The notes beneath the pieces were generated by a model. The model saw nothing but the letters and a program-made list of their open reading frames with translations, searched no databases and was not told the origin of the DNA. A program made the position numbers and the translations under genes. A DNA stretch of 64,000 nt. It comes from Lingula anatina (taxonomy: Eukaryota; Animalia; Brachiopoda). The first letter of the stretch is position 1; each line of letters opens with the position of its first letter. Below are positions 36,801-49,200 of the stretch, piece after piece. The stretch covers positions 71,526,788 to 71,590,787 of the forward strand of contig CM120640.1 in assembly GCA_051362555.1 (NCBI GenBank), in the 5' to 3' direction.

Positions 36801-39800
36801 ACTGTTATCACTGGTTTCTACCTAACCCATGTCAGTTACTGGATCAGTTCCTCTCTCAAGTACAATTCTGGGCAGTAAACCTAAATTCTCACTTGCTGAA
36901 CAGACTGATGCTTCTTTATAGATCTAAGATTGTTGCTTCCTTATAGACCTACATACTGCAAAATGTGTATCCCTGTCCTTATGTCCATGTAATATCTGTG
37001 TCCATGTTATATAAGCCCATGTGTCCAGTGGTGTCATGTAGTGACTGATGTCATAGTACACATATTAAGATGGTATTGACCTCCTATTACAAGTTATAGT
37101 AGACACTTGTTCCTCTCTAGCCTGACTCTATGTCATGTAACACCCCCTTCACTGAGGGGCTATTACCCTGAACCTCAATGCAGCCCAATACAACCCCTAT
37201 TCACTTGGACTAATGTCAAGCTCTTAACTAAATCTTTCAAGTATTTAACTTTCCCTTGTGCAAACATGTTTTATGCTGCCACTATTGCACTACTGTGTAT
37301 GCCCTGTGGCTGAATAACTCCTTATTTACTATAAGTCCAATCTCTATACACATACCACTTATTTTGTTTTAACTATAGGGCCATTACTGAGGATATACAA
37401 TATCCAGTTATAATCATCCAGGTATCAAATCTAACTATTCCAAACAGGGTCTTGCTTGTGCCTAATCTAATGCCTCCTCAGGGTTGAAAGTTTTCCCTCC
37501 CATTCTTTTGAATGCTTGTTTACATAAGAACAGTTAAAAGCATAAACAATCCAGACTGCAAACAAGTTCACTGTATAGAGGCCGGACACATCCAACTGGA
37601 AGAACAGAATACGTATACTGATTTGAGTTGTGAAGACCTAAAGAAGCAAATAATTGTTATGCAACCTGATCACTGTCCTAGTCTCTGATAATCTACAAGC
37701 ACCTGTTCACATACAACCTGATCACTGTCCCAGTCTCTGATAATCTACAGACACCTGTTCACATACAACCTGATCACTGTCCCAGTCTCTGATAATCTAC
37801 AGACACCTGTTCACATACAACCTGATCACTGTCCCAGTCTCTGATAATCTACAGACACCTGTTCACATACAACCTGATCACTGTCCCAGTCTCTGATAAT
37901 CTACAGACACCTGTTCACATACAACCTGATCACTGTCCCAGTCTCTGATAATCTACAAACACCTGTTCACATACAACCTGATCACTGTCCCAGTCTCTGA
38001 TAATCTACAAACACCTGTTCACATACAACCTGATCACTGTCCCAGTCTCTGATAATCTACAAACACCTGTTCACATACAACCTGATCACTGTCCCGGTCT
38101 CTGATAATCTATAGACACCTGTTCACATACAACCTGATCACTGTCCCGGTCTCTGATAATCTATAGACACCTGTTCACATACAACCTGATCACTGTCCCA
38201 GTCTCTGATAATCTACAGACACCAGTTAGTTTAGCATACAACGCTGTTTTGCAGTTGTCCCTAATTAATTAGCTTTACTTTTCTCCTTTGTATAAAAAAC
38301 CCTATAAAAGTTTAAAACTTGAATTTTCAGTCTTACTCTATTATCAAAAATTATGTTTTCACCATTCAAAATTGCCTTAGCCACTTTTTTTAGCTCATTT
38401 TTTAAACATGGCCTAAGATAAAACCTGTTGTTATGCTGTCAGCTCTGTTCTTTTCTGTGCCTAGATGTCACCAAATTCAGACGGGCAGGAAGGTCCACTC
38501 CTTACTGTGATATCCAAATAGAAACTAGCTATGCCATTTAGCTAGCTATTCCATGTAGCTCCACAGTATCTTCAGTCCTAATTGAACACATAGGCTAACC
38601 TTTACCACTGCAATCTGGCCTGGAGTACTGCCTGCCCACCACTGACTTCACTTCTATCACTAATATTGGCATTTCTTCAAGTCAGTCTAAAGACATCAGC
38701 AGATACAAACAACACTTGGACTAACCCCAATGCTGTTATTTCTCCTGTACAGTCAATTTCTTAGACACATAACAAATGGTTTGTCCAGAAAAAATGATAA
38801 GACTTGTTAAAAGGGGAGAGGGTCATTACATACTAAATTATAAGTTGGGCAATTAATAAGCTTCAAATGCACTTTCTTCAAGTTAAAGCATTAGTTGGCG
38901 TAAATCACTTGATATAAATACAAGGTTTAATTCCATCTGAGAGGCAAGACCAATTCCCTGGTGTCAATGGACATTTTATGCTTCACCTTATCTATACCAA
39001 GGTCTGTGTTATTTTCTAAATATTTATATACAAAATATTCTTTGATGGATATATAAATGTGATTAAAGCATGCAAAAGATAACCAAAACGTATCTACTTT
39101 TTCCACATTTATTGTAGAAATCTAAATAGCCCATATTTCTACTCACCATGAGAAGAGCAAAGTTAGTGAGGTGAAAGCAGGCCATGGTTGTGATGTTGCC
39201 TTCTGTTCTAACAAGTTGACAGCCTCTACTCTCCCAGCCACCACGCCCCTCTGGAACAGTTGACAAATAAGGAGTTGATTTCTCACCATTTTGACTTTTA
39301 TTATGAGCTATTTTCTTAGGCAGAGCAGTTGCATGATGTGTTCAAGTCTAAGCTTAACGCAATCATTTTAGTTCTCAATATTAAGCTTTAATGTAACATT
39401 TGCTAATAAAAGCAGGTTCCCACTATGAAAATATCCAAAATATCAGTTCTAGTCAGAGTGTAAATATGGGGTTGAAAGTTGAGGAAAATCTAATGAACTG
39501 TCACTAGGATTGTGCAGATTCTCGTCTTCCACACTCACCTTACCATTAGCAGATATCACAAGGATTATGCAGGCGTCTTCACTACCACAATCAACTTACC
39601 AGTAGCAGAAATCACCATGACTGTACTGATGTCTTTATACTACAATCTATCTATCTATCATCAGCAGAGGTAACAAAGATTGTGCAGATGTCTTCTCTAC
39701 CACATACAACTTACCATTAGCAGTGAAATCCCAGAAAACAGGAACAAGCTGGCTGTTCTGGTCTGAGGGGACTGGTGCTGACACCTGGATCATCACAGGG

Positions 39801-42800
39801 TCTGTCAGATTCTCTACCTGGATGCCAGCTGAAATAACAGGTTTTATTTTGATCAGTTCTTCCCAAAAGTTATTTCCACAGTAGCAGCTTCTTATTTCTA
39901 TTTCAGTTATCATGTAAATGCAATCTAAAATCACATTTTTCAATATCTAAGACAAATAATTTCAATAAAGAGCTTTACTAAAGACTTTTAGATCAACACA
40001 CAGCAATAACAAAGAAAAAAAGGGACCTGTACTTAAAGTAATTTTTAATCTCATTGTTAAAGCAACTTTAACAAGAAGATTCCTTTTCTGTTTTTTGCCT
40101 AACATCAGTGAGATAGTTGTTGTTTAAATATGCCACATGTAGTCTGACTGGGAGCTAGGAACCCAGAACACTGACCTATTTTACTGGAAATAACACCAGA
40201 ATGGACGCGAGTAGAGGTGATCCCTGTGCTGTTACGTGACCCAGTCACAGGGAAAAGTTTGGCATTCCTGTAGGCAATAACCTGTAGCCTATAGAGGGGG
40301 CCACTGATGCCATACAGGCTACGTGTGTTCCTGAACAGAGAGGCGGGCAGGTGGATGGAACTGTTGATATTCTGAAATGGCAGGCATTGTTTAACCTCAA
40401 TTCTAAATATGTGTTATTAAATTAAATAAATTCCTAATTAACTGCTGTGTGATTTACTTCTCTACAAACTGATGTGAGCTACAGGTTATCATGTACCAGT
40501 GTCTAGATTATTTTCATCAGTTTTGTAGATGAAAGAAATTAAATCTCTTTGTCACAGACTAAAATAATAAAAAAAGAAAGTCTCTTTGTCACTAACTATA
40601 AATAAAGAAGTCAGGCATTTGAAATATAGGACAACTGTGTGATCCTTAGAGTTTGCACACAAATATGTGAGCTTTTACTTATTTTGTAACAAAAGAGCTT
40701 TCGATCTCATAAAAGATCCACCACCAACTCAGTAGCAGTGCCATTTCTAAGGTCTAAGATGTAACCAGGAGTGTAGCAGCCTACCTTAGAAATGGCTGGA
40801 GTGCCACTGGGCCCAGTATCCATGGAGGAACTGCAGATAAAGTTCTCCTTGGAGTAGCCATGTTTGTTTGCCTGCCCAGCCCTAGTGGGGCGTGTGTAAC
40901 ATGTCAGTCCTTGAAACACGTCTGCTTTGACTTGAAACCCCTCCACCGCGATATTCTCTGAATACAGACTCATGTGACTGCTGTCACTCAACAATTTGCT
41001 GGGGAGTTTCTCCAACACCTTTACTACACTGTGATCAATAAAAATCAGAAGGGTAAAATTCTGAGCATAATTCCTATGTAAACTGTTCTAAGTTTATTTA
41101 CTAAAATATAATGTCAAGACTCTAAAAACCTCTATCTTTAGGATCTGTGACAGTCCACACCGAATGTCATGCAATCAATAGTGACAAAAGTGACTTAGAA
41201 AGATGGTTACACTTTACAAAACTCTGTAAAACAATACTTCAACAGATGTTCCAATGCATTATGATATGTTAACATGTATTAAAATGTGATACTGTAAGTC
41301 GTGTTTTTATCCACTATTTCAGAAGCAGTGTGGTTCTACCCACCTACTACAAGCACCATACTCCTCCTGACTGGCCCGCAATATGGAATCATCAACTGTG
41401 GTTAAATTACTGATAATATTCACTATATTTTCTGCAATCTGAAAGAGAGAAAGACAATTTGAAAATGGGCAATTTCTGTCAGTTCTGAAATGGAAAATAA
41501 GCGGTAAAATAATTTGTTTCTGGCTTATCAAAATAATTTTAAATTTTGCCTCATATTTCATTTAAGCTATACAGTGCATTTTACCTCTGCATGATTTTCC
41601 ATATAATTGGAGAAGGTTTCCAGCACCCGGGATATGAAGACAATGTCCATCTTGGTCAGAGCTTTAGGATAGGAGATATAGGTGTTCAGTCGTGATGCCA
41701 TGGCAACCACATTACTGGAGTTGATGGACTGCTACAAGATAAAAATGACTTGCATCATATATCAGCACAAACATTGACTGAAGTGCAGTATGTCTTCAAC
41801 TTAAAGGATAAATTGGTACTGACTCCAGATGATGTTATTGTGTTGTTCTTTTACAATGAGATGGAAAGCCAATCACAAGGAATGGAAAGATAAAAACTCA
41901 CCACACTCAGGGCACATTCAGATTCATACATTGCACAAGCTAGGTCGGTCCAACTGGGTGATTCTCATTAAAGTGCAATCAGTGAAATCAGTTTAATCAG
42001 AACACAATAGTTAACTACCCCTAGCTGCTCAAAGATGCATGTCAGGCAATTAAGCTGATTGCACTGATTGTACTTAAGCAAGAATTCTCCTCAAAGTAGA
42101 ACCAACCCAGCAAGTATGACGTGTGCATCTGAATGCAGTCTAAAGCTTAAACTACAGCCCTCTGTAGTATTCAGGGCTTTGTCATTACATAAGCTTGGCT
42201 GTAAATATGTATTCTACAAAACTTTTATGTAACCAACTCTGTTTTTTACATTCACTAGAAGATATGTCTACAAGAACAATATCCAGAAGCAAAAAAACAA
42301 GGACTAGGACAGCATGCACAGATAAGAAGGTTGAAAAAATGTCATGAGTTTGGCCCGTCTCCTTCCATATTATTTATTTTTACACCCAAGTTCTGCCCGC
42401 TATCAAATTGAAAAGGGTGCCATCTTGTTTCATTCTGAAGGTATTTTACTGTTCTTTTATATATTCAATATTTTTCATTACTGCTAAAACTTCTAGCTTT
42501 TGAAGCATTAATGCAACAATATTGTAAGCAAGCTTAATTTGGTCTCGTCATGACTATCAACTCCCTTTATCTACCAGTGCACAGACCTGGTGGCCGAGAG
42601 CGCCTCCCATTGCTGCTAGCAGTTCTTCACAGCAGTGCTCTAAGGTGGCGCTAGTTGGAGTGGTGCTGGAAAGCTGAAATAGTAGACAAGCAGTGTGCAG
42701 ACAGACACCAGCAGTGCTCTCCATAGCAAGGAAAGAGAAAGCTTTACACAGTGATCATTTCAGAAAAGGTTGTGCATCAGTTTGAACCTTGATAAGCATG

Positions 42801-45800
42801 GAAATTTGCTAGAAAAATCAGCATTTACAGAATATTTTAGATTTCTCTGTATTGTTTTCATGCTTTCAAAAATAGAAAACTCTTATTGTATTCAGTCATA
42901 TTTTGTGTTATAAATGTAGATTGTAGAAAGTAATTTCTTCTTTCAAAAATAGTTTGTTTTTTTTTATTTTCTATATTTCCAAACTTCTTTCTATAAAGCA
43001 ATGTAGACTTTAGACAGTGCACATTGTTGGACAGAAGAACACATCACAAGGCCAAACATCAGCTTCCAGGAAATAACATATCACTGCAGAAGGCAACAAA
43101 ACCATAAGCAAAGTCTGTCAACCAATAAGCAAGCCTCCTTTTCCACACTGTCCTTAAGATATAACACAGCGATTATATTTGGACAAGGCAACAAGCTTTA
43201 TGAAAGGAGTTTCGTTCAAGCTTAAAGCAAAAGCATTCATTGCGACCTTGCAACTTCCCCCAATATCAATGTTATCTAATTGACACTGGGACCCAAATCT
43301 TACCTGTGTGTACTGCTCTAGGACCCAAATCTTACCTGTGTGTACTGCTCTAGGACCCAAATCTTACCTGTGTGTACTGCTCAAAGACCCAAATCTTACC
43401 TGTGCGTACTGCTCAAGGACCCAAATCTTACCAGTGCGTACTGCTCTAGGACCCAAATCTTACCTGTGTGCACTGCTCTAGGACCCAAATCTTACCTGTG
43501 TGTACTGCTCTAGGACCCAAATCTTACCTGCGTGTACTGCTCTAGGACCCAAATCTTACCTGTGTGTACTGCTCTAGGACCCAAATCTTACCTGTGTGTA
43601 CTGCTCTAGGACCAAATCTTACCTGCGTGTACTGCTCTAGGACCCAAATCTTACCTGTGTGTACTGCTCTAGGACCCAAATCTTACCTGTGTGTACTGCT
43701 CTAGGACCCAAATCTTACCTGTGTGTACTGCTCTAGGACCCAAATCTTACCTGTGTGTACTGCTCTAGGACCCAAATCTTACCTGTGTGTACTGCTCTAG
43801 CACCCAAATCTTACCTGTGTGTACTGCTCTAGGACCCAAATCTTACCTGTGTGTACTGCTCTAGGACCCAAATCTTACCTGTGTGTACTGCTCTAGCACC
43901 CAAATCTTACCTGTGTGTACTGCTCTAGGACCCTTGTCCTCTCGTTGATAAACTGGCACTGGGACACGTCCAGCTGCTCCCAATGACCTTTGTTATTGCA
44001 CTTATACTTGGCACGTGACTGACTGCGGGACTGGCCACGAGAGCGACCAGGACCTCCAGAGAAGGCACAAGGCTGCTCCTTGGGTATCCCTGCCACTGTC
44101 TTCTCCCATGTGTAGTCTCCTTTGTTAGTGGACACGGTGGTCTCTGGGCAGTACAACTCCTCACTGGACACAACCAGAATGTTCACTGACCGTGACACAT
44201 TGCCGTACTCAGTGACCACACTACAGTCCCAGGCCCCAGAGTTTTGTACTGTTAGGTGTTCCAGAACCAAACTATGGGTCATCACTGTCTGGTCAGGAGA
44301 CAGTGCTGTGTGGACATAGACACCTGCTGACTTGTTAGTGGACACTAACTGACCACCACGCAGCCACATCATCCGTGTGGTCTGGTCCAGTACAGAGGCA
44401 CGACACTCAAATGGCAGCTTATCGCCTTGGAATACAATCTGACTGGCTGACGGTGTCAACTCAAACAGAGGCAACTCCACTTCCCAGCCTAGAATATAAG
44501 TAAACATTGTGAGATATAGCAGTGCACAATGCAGCTAACCATGACCAGATAGTTATATAGTTTGTGATAAAGTAAAAAATATGCCTATTTTTTCATAATT
44601 TCCACCAAGATGGCAAAATGAAGTTACCACATAAAAATCTGTAAGTCTGGCTGTTTTCATTCTGATAGTGGAGGTCTTTGAGTGTGGTAGATGTGGCTGT
44701 GTTAGGTGTGACTGTTTTATGCAATAGTTCAGTATATTAACTATCATGAGCAGTATGCAGCCTGTGTGTCAATTTTTTCTATCTAATGCATAAGATTTTT
44801 AATGTCAATCTAAAACATAAGACATAATCACAGACTTACAGTGATGACTGGAACAAAGAAAAGAATCCATACAAGTACCAATGTGATCAGTGGGTACAAC
44901 AGATTACTATCTGGATAATGAATTATTATAATAAAACAAATACCTTAAAACACACAACATAATCTACAAATCAATAGGATAACTCTGAACAAAGCCCAGC
45001 ATGACACCTTGTGCTAATCCAGTAATAACTTAGCACACAAGATGGTGCAGTTAATCTTGTATGTCCTTTGTTCTAGAATTGATCTGATATTTGTAACCCC
45101 GAGGGTACTGTGTTCCAGTCACTAGCTGTACTTGGCTGGGATCTTCCATACCATGCCAGCCAGTCACTGCAGGGTTATCTCTCTTGTCACACAATTAATG
45201 AGCTTCATTACAACAGAAACAGCATCTGGTTATCTTTAGAAATGTATGTGATATTATGAAGTGGGAATTGAACAAGACAAGCATTGGGACAGGCTTCAAA
45301 AATACTTATACTCGTCTCCCAGAATAATGACACCCATCTTCCAGACTACAAATATTCATCTCTAAGACTACTGCCCTCCCCCCCTCCCAATAATGACCAC
45401 GTGCAGCAAGCTATTTGTCATTAATCTAACACCAAAACATCTAGTCTAAAAATGCATGTCTATAAGATTACCAAACACACTCTTACTTCTGTTTACCAGT
45501 CTGGAGCACAGATCACATCCTATAATGCCCTCAGTGGTCAAATTAACATCTCAAAGCAGCAGGAGTAGCAGAGCACTCAACTGGGAGAACTACTGGAATA
45601 GTCTCTGGGTACAGACAGAGTAACAGAGCACTCAACTGGGAGAACTAACTGGAACAGTGTTTGGGTATCAACAGAGAAGGATGACAGTCTCTAGGTTCAA
45701 CATTATCCACTCTTGCCATCTCACCACCTAGACTGATTACTGAACATATTGATGAACTTTTGCCATTCATAACTTATAGATTAGTTACACTGATTTGTCT

Positions 45801-46128
45801 GGAGAGGAAAGGACCATGCTGTCTTCTCTGGTCTTATCTGATATGCTGAGTTCCTATTCTAAAGCTTCTTTAGATAAGATACAATTTTGCATGGATATGA
45901 CATTTTCCTTTCTTTAATACATTTTCAACCCCATTTCCCTTTATCACATTTCTGGCTAGAAAAGAAAATGCATCAATTTTGACAGAATCAATTCCAATAA
46001 CAGTAGAATAGTGGCATTTTATTACTTTCAATTTGCTTGCTATTCTTCCCAAGGATCTCTGTATAACCTTTTATACAGACTGGTTTTACTGTGACAGATC
46101 TTGAAAGACGTCACACACTCCATCCCCT

Positions 46129-46222
<94 letters not shown>

Positions 46223-49200
46223 CACACACACATGTACAGTTTATCTCCCCCCAGACACCCCCCCCCCCCCATTACTGTTACACACACTTTTTCTCCCCTG
46301 CATTACATGCCAGTTAATTAAGCAATTCCACAAGTGGCAATTGAATGACAGGTTGGCATATATGGTGGATTTGTTCTTAACTCAAAATCGCCTCCATGTA
46401 AACAAGAGTGCTGGCTGGCAGACAGTGGTATACAGTGATATACTGTGAACTAAATAATACACTGATTTGTAAGCAGCCAATTACTGACAGCCACCGCGCC
46501 AGGCCACTAACAGTATTAATAACACTCTGTAACAACCCTCTAAACTTATCAGGATGGCTAAAAGCTTGTAAAATATAAACCAGACAAATTCAGCAGGAAA
46601 ACAGAAAATTATTTGATGACATTTCAGATAGGTCAAGTCTGGCACTGTCAGGTTATATTCAAACTTTTAAAGCTGTTCAATATCACCATTTACAGACTAA
46701 GTGAGAAAACCATATCTGTCACATTGGTATAACAAATGGGAATTAACTATCCCTTTTAAGTTTTTTCACCACTCCCTACTTTTCTTTTATCAATGGTGTT
46801 TTAAACTCTGGGGTAATAACTGTCAATGTGGGACACAGCACAAAATACCACAACAATGGCAGCTAACAATAGCTGTCAGTGAACAAAGAAGCCAGTCACA
46901 ATATCTTTTTATTCTCAGCTTTATTTCAGGTTGGTGTGAGAGGGTGTTTTTCACACACCACTAACTGCCCCACATCCCTCCTCAGACTACAGCCACTTCA
47001 AATGTCACACCTGACAATCTTGTCTACTTCAGGTGACATAACGAGCCCCCATGTCCTAGGGTGCTGTCACTGTGCAGGGACCAGCAGAAAGGAGGGAAAT
47101 AACATGAAACATTAACTTTAAACTGACAAATGGGATATAGGCTGAGAGGGAGAAAAACTCACTACTCACATATCTACTTGTACATCTGCTGTTCTCCAGA
47201 TAGTCTGAATCTAACATAATCTTAACAGTTGAGTCAAATAATTGAGCAAGTTTTTAAAGCCATTTTCTTATATTTCTTTCTGATTTACCATCACTTGCCA
47301 CCTGCATAAGTTTTGTATTGTAATTTTTAACAAATGGAAATTAAAGGTTTGAAATACACCAGATTTAACCAAGGAGTTATAACAGAAGGAGATTACACGC
47401 AAGCCTCTCTATTGTCCGATGTCTGTTACGGTGGGCGGAGCTAGCTACGGGGGGCCTCCTGTCTCAAGGTTTCGTCTGCGTCGCTCTCCTCAGCTTGGAG
47501 ATAAATTTCATATGCGTTATTTCGCGTTAGAATTCGAGATCAGTAATGTCAAAGCGCCGCTGTATGCTGACGATTTTTTTCACAGGTAATTATTTGGACG
47601 ATGTGCTGGAAGGGAACGATATCATAGAAAGCGATTATAAGGTGGTGACTGAGGATGGTCGCCATGAGCTTTTTTTAGTCGGTGATAGATGGCTTTTTTA
47701 TGGCACAACCCGGTGAAAAATCACCAAGGAGAAGTCAAAAGAAAACGTCCCAACTGTGGTTTGTGAAAATGACGTTCAAGTGAACGTCTGTCCTCACTGC
47801 CAAAGGACATAATATTAATACATTAACGTTTGGACCCTCCTGCCCTTGGGTCCCATAAACATATACATTGTGACAGTGCCTACGCTTTGTGTCTGGTTTT
47901 AAATTTCTTAAAGTATTTTTTCTCTCACTCGGTATAATTTTAATATTATAATGCATTTAATTAAAATTTTAATCCAAGGTTGAGGCAATGCCACGACACG
48001 TCAGTTTACTGAATACTCGTTATAAATTTCTTTATCTTGGAAATTTCCCTTTTTTTCAGGATTATTTGACACGTACTAACACTGTTCATATTTGTCGGTA
48101 AACAAGTGCACAGTGCTATACATTAAGAATAATTTTTATTCATTCAGAAATATATTTATGTACAAAATATATCAGAAATTTTAGTATTCACTGAGCTCTT
48201 TAAAGTGAAACAAATAAAGATGAGAATATTGAATTTCAAACTATTATTTACTATATTAACTTAAAATATCTTTTAAGTCAACTCTATACTCAAGCACTCT
48301 ATACTCATGAAAGTAGCATCTGTGAGTAAAACCATTTTATTATATCAATAGGAGAACAAAAACAAAAATTTTACACATAAGCAGTAATAAATGAAGTCAT
48401 AAGAATGATTAAGTTGCTACAGTTTTCCAGTTTTATGCAGTCTATGATGGCATTTTTTTCAACCGTGCAAATAGAAATAATTATATTCTTTTTTATCTGA
48501 CTTGCTGATACCAGTCTGTGCCAGATACTATTCCACTTACAGGCCAGCAAGGTCTGAGAATCTAATGGGCCGAATGAAAAATAAAATCCTAGAAGATAAA
48601 GTGGTTAATTCTTACAAATAGGATGAAAAACATGGGATTTTCAAAAGGTTATTATAGATCAAGACAACACTTAGTAAGAACATTTATAAAATGTAACAGC
48701 TGAAAAAATTAACTGGTAAGTAAGCAGTAAGTGACTGCTTTAAAGAAATTTCACTGAAACAGAAATTTCACTGGCAATCAACAATTTATATATAGGTTTT
48801 GAATTTTTTTCCACGTAACAGTAACATAAAATTTATGTCCACTTTTGCAATGTATAGAGTCAGTTAGGTGACTGAAAATATTTTAAAATGTCATAAAGGA
48901 GCACTATTAATTTAATGCAATCTCTGTTGGCCAGTCTTATCCAGTTTCTTCTCCAAAAAGGACAACTCAAGTGAGAATTTCTTCAGGGCCTTTTCTTCTG
49001 CCTTGCTAATGCCATGCCACTCAGAAAAGAGAGAAACCTGTAGGTTAGAAAAAAAAACATAATAATAGCATTATGAACTACTAGTATCCATGTAGACATT
49101 ATGGAATTATGCAGTGAAGTTTAATGTGTCTTGTTATGACTTGACTGAAATAATGTTCACCACATAAATGAACAATTTACAACTAAATTCATATAGAACA

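Noticed and set aside
42560-42730. GC-richer island with CTCF-like AGGTGGCGCTAG
   Set aside because: Possibly the core of an old transposon, but no termini could be defined and the motif match is partial.
43154-43360. ORF repeating VLEQYTQVRFG
   Set aside because: Product of the 32-bp junction repeat, not an independent exon.
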